A stretch of DNA of 64,000 nucleotides from Leptolyngbyaceae cyanobacterium (GTDB taxonomy: Bacteria > Cyanobacteriota > Cyanobacteriia > Phormidesmidales > Phormidesmidaceae). This document shows positions 61,134-64,000 of the stretch, piece after piece. The DNA lies in the NCBI GenBank assembly GCA_965263355.1, contig CBDHHL010000049.1, positions 32,001 to 96,000 on the forward strand, given 5' to 3'. The translations under genes and the position numbers were made by a program. Below the pieces are notes generated by a model. It saw nothing but the letters and a program-made list of their open reading frames with translations. It searched no databases and was not told where the DNA came from. Within the stretch, counting starts at the first letter, position 1; the number at the start of each line of letters is the position of its first letter.

Positions 61134-64000
61134 ATGACTTTACCCACTGGCCAGCCACTCCCCGAATACCCTGTAAGCGACACCGATATCGCCGTCATCG
61201 GCATGGCTGGTCAATTTCCAGGGGCCGCTAACGTGGAGGAGTTCTGGCGGAACATTCGTGATGGCCACGAGTCAGTGCAGTTCTTCTCTGATGAAGCATT
61301 GCAGGCGGCGGGGGTACCGGCGTTTATGCTACAGGACCCCAACTATGTCAAAGCAGCGGCGGTGTTGGAAAATATCGAATATTTTGACGCGCCGTTCTTT
61401 GGGTTTAGTCCCCGTGAGGCAGAGATGATGGACCCCCAGCACCGCCTGTTTTTAGAACAGGCTTGGACAGCCCTGGAACATGCGGGCTATGCCACGGACC
61501 AGTATGAGGGTGCGATCGCAGTCTACGCCGGTACGGGCATTAACCAATATCTTCTCAGTCAGCTGTACCCCCGCATGCAGCAGGCTGACGGCGGCGTCAC
61601 TTACCAGGCCATTATCCGCAACGACAAAGACTTTTTACCTACTCTGGTGTCCTACAAACTCAATCTCAAAGGACCCAGTATCGCTGTGCAAACTGCCTGT
61701 TCCACATCTTTGGTGGCAGTACACATGGCCTGTCAGAGTCTGCTTAACGGCGAATGTGATATGGCCCTGGCGGGGGCTGTTTCTATTCATGTGGACCAAA
61801 AACGGGGATACCTTTATGAAGAGGGCATGATTATGTCCCCCGATGGCCACTGCCGCGCCTTTGATGCTGATGCCCGAGGCACGGTTCTGGGGAGTGGTGC
61901 CGCCACCGTAGTCCTCAAACGGCTGGCAGATGCTTTAGAAGATGGCGATACTGTTCACGCCGTGCTCAAGGGCTCCGCAGTGAATAACGATGGCGACAAC
62001 AAGGTGGGCTACACCGCCCCCAGCGTTAGCGGTCAGGCGGCGGTAATTGCCGAAGCCCAGGCCATTGCAGGTGTAGACCCCAACACCATTACTTACATCG
62101 AGGCTCACGGCACTGGCACCGTTCTGGGAGACCCTATCGAAATCGCTGCTCTCAACGAAGCCTTTCAAGACAGTGACCAGCCCTGCGCTATCGGCTCTGT
62201 TAAAACCAATGTAGGTCACCTGGATACCGCTTCTGGGGTAACGGGGGTAATCAAAGCGGTTTTAGCCTTACAGCACCGTCAGATTCCCCCCAGTCTCCAC
62301 TATCAGTCTCCCAACCCCGCTATTAATTTTGACCGGGGTCCCTTTTTCGTTAACGCTCAACTCACCAACTGGAATCCTGGGGATATGTCTAGACGGGCGG
62401 GCGTCAGTTCCTTTGGGATTGGTGGCACCAATGCCCATGTGGTTCTAGAAGAAGCTCCCTTGGTGGCTCCATCCGGTCCTAGTCGTACTACCCAGCTGAT
62501 TCCCTTATCAGCTAAGACCCCAACAGCATTGACGGCCCTGTCCACGAACCTGGCCGCATTTCTCCAGGCCAATCCTGAAACAGATCTGGCAGATGTGGCC
62601 TATACCCTCAGCCGGGGTCGCCAGGGTTTAGACTGTCGCCATACCCTAGTAGCGAATACTCTAGATCAGGCTGTGGCTGGTTTAGAGGCTTGGGTCAAAC
62701 AATCGCAGCCCAGCCCAAAATTCTCTCGTCCCGATTGTCGTACGACGACGGCCTTTATGTTTTCGGGGCAAGGTAGTCAATACGTCAACATGGGGCGGGA
62801 CTTGTACGACAGCGAGCCTGTATTTCGGAATGCTGTTGACTGCTGTAGCAAAATTCTGTTTCCCTTACTAGGAGTAGACCTGCACAAGTTTCTCTATCCA
62901 GCTGATAAGAGTCTGATCGATATCTGTACTACAAAACTTAATCAAACAACCTTTACCCAGCCTGCTCTATTTGTAGTGGAGTATGCCCTAGCCCAGCTGT
63001 GGATGGCTTGGGGAGTTAAGCCCCAGGCCATGATTGGCCATAGCATTGGCGAATATGTCGCGGCCTGTATCGCTGGGGTGTTTTCCCTGGAGGACGGTCT
63101 CCAACTGGTCGCCAGTCGGGGCCAGTTGATGCAGTCCCTACCGATGGGTAGCATGCTGGCCATTTCTCTGCCTGCAGATCAGGTGATGGCTTTAATCGAG
63201 GATTATCCCCATATCGATCTGGCTACCCTCAATGGACCTGTCTGCGTAGTGTCTGGTCCTACCTCTGAGATTACTGCTCTACAAACTCAGCTGGAAACTA
63301 CTGGTGCAGATGGGATAGTGATTACCTGTCGCCGATTGCATACGTCCCATGCATTTCACTCGAAGATGATGGAGCCGATTTTGCCCACATTTACCCGTCA
63401 TGTGGAGATAATCAAGCTTCAGGCACCTCAAATTCCGTATCTATCCAATGTTACTGGCACCTGGATTACGGAGGATCAGGCAACGGATCCCAACTATTGG
63501 GCACAGCATCTGCGGCTGCCAGTACGCTTTGCAGATGGTCTAGATCAGCTGCTGGATGACCCCACAGTGCAACTTTTGGAAGTGGGGCCAGGACGTAGCC
63601 TTAGCCAACTGGCCAAACGCCACCCAGCTTTCCAGGCGAATCATTATTGCGTTACGTCCCTGCGTCATCCTCAGGAGACTGCTTCCGATGTGGCCTTTAT
63701 TCTCAAGAGTTTGGGCGATCTATGGGCTAATGGCAGCACTGTACATTGGGCCGGTGTTTATGGCGAACAGCAGCGCCGTCGTCTGCCCCTGCCTACATAT
63801 CCCTTTGAACGTCAGCGCTACTGGTTAGAGGCAACGGAGACTAGTGGTCTCGATTTACGACAGTTTCAAACGGTACCCCGTAAGCCAGAGGTAACGGATT
63901 GGTTCTATGAACCTAGCTGGGTGCGATCGCAACTTCCCCCCATCGTTACCCAACTCCCGCCTGCAACGTGGCTGATTTTCCTGGATGCTTTGGGTCTAGG
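61134..64000 (+). CDS. Type I PKS (post-NRPS-type KS-AT...), truncated by the window end; not in the ORF track
   Basis: MTLPTGQPLPEYPVSDTDIAVIGMAGQFPGA, MDPQHRLF, VQTACSTS, EAHGTGT, NVGHLD, AT GHSIG with HAFH, and PTYPFERQRYW. Confidence 0.93.
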   Translation, partial: MTLPTGQPLPEYPVSDTDIAVIGMAGQFPGAANVEEFWRNIRDGHESVQFFSDEALQAAGVPAFMLQDPNYVKAAAVLENIEYFDAPFFGFSPREAEMMDPQHRLFLEQAWTALEHAGYATDQYEGAIAVYAGTGINQYLLSQLYPRMQQADGGVTYQAIIRNDKDFLPTLVSYKLNLKGPSIAVQTACSTSLVAVHMACQSLLNGECDMALAGAVSIHVDQKRGYLYEEGMIMSPDGHCRAFDADARGTVLGSGAATVVLKRLADALEDGDTVHAVLKGSAVNNDGDNKVGYTAPSVSGQAAVIAEAQAIAGVDPNTITYIEAHGTGTVLGDPIEIAALNEAFQDSDQPCAIGSVKTNVGHLDTASGVTGVIKAVLALQHRQIPPSLHYQSPNPAINFDRGPFFVNAQLTNWNPGDMSRRAGVSSFGIGGTNAHVVLEEAPLVAPSGPSRTTQLIPLSAKTPTALTALSTNLAAFLQANPETDLADVAYTLSRGRQGLDCRHTLVANTLDQAVAGLEAWVKQSQPSPKFSRPDCRTTTAFMFSGQGSQYVNMGRDLYDSEPVFRNAVDCCSKILFPLLGVDLHKFLYPADKSLIDICTTKLNQTTFTQPALFVVEYALAQLWMAWGVKPQAMIGHSIGEYVAACIAGVFSLEDGLQLVASRGQLMQSLPMGSMLAISLPADQVMALIEDYPHIDLATLNGPVCVVSGPTSEITALQTQLETTGADGIVITCRRLHTSHAFHSKMMEPILPTFTRHVEIIKLQAPQIPYLSNVTGTWITEDQATDPNYWAQHLRLPVRFADGLDQLLDDPTVQLLEVGPGRSLSQLAKRHPAFQANHYCVTSLRHPQETASDVAFILKSLGDLWANGSTVHWAGVYGEQQRRRLPLPTYPFERQRYWLEATETSGLDLRQFQTVPRKPEVTDWFYEPSWVRSQLPPIVTQLPPATWLIFLDALGL

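Noticed and set aside
34633..63828. Many 60-130 aa ORFs inside the PKS/NRPS genes
   Set aside because: Antisense or alternate-frame shadows with no motifs. This includes 60845..61231, 61480..61830 and 63556..63828; the real frame there starts at 61134.
345..63930. Recurrent GCGATCGC octamers
   Set aside because: Ordinary cyanobacterial HIP1 sites, used only as a taxonomic clue.
28200..64000. Assignment to jamaicamide, puwainaphycin/minutissamide, fischerellin or caryoynencin-type clusters
   Set aside because: The window shows no halogenase, beta-branching cassette, aminotransferase, methyltransferase or cassette thioesterase, and the A-domain codes do not fit. Only the starter logic is shared.

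Overview
Cyanobacterial DNA (recurrent HIP1 octamer GCGATCGC, cyanobacterial gene families), probably from a plasmid or integrated element. It has three blocks. (1) 1-9.9 kb, backbone: parA plus a 307-aa partner that is not a ParB, bracketed by two copies of a perfect 20-bp palindrome (candidate centromere). Also a PaO-family Rieske oxygenase, a ribbon-helix-helix gene missing from the ORF track, a lipoprotein, an Mqo-like flavoprotein, a tyrosine recombinase and three IS remnants. (2) 10.1-26.6 kb, secretion/proteolysis/sensing: an AAA_35 NTPase and an AAA_35-CHASE2 membrane protein converge on an operon of two leaderless HExxH metalloproteases with RTX-like tails, a frameshifted filamentous-haemagglutinin (TpsA-like) gene, a TPR-CHAT protease and DUF928. 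(3) 28.2-64 kb, start of a large PKS/NRPS cluster: a fatty acyl-AMP ligase, four tandem membrane desaturases and an ACP, then two fully reducing PKS modules, a non-reducing KS-AT-ACP, two near-identical NRPS modules with a Lys-like code, a Cys-code module with an ordinary C domain instead of Cy, and a further PKS that runs off the window. The best candidate for an undescribed system is this cluster, predicted to make a polyunsaturated or alkynyl, cationic, Cys-containing lipopeptide. All calls come from reading motifs by eye; no searches were run.
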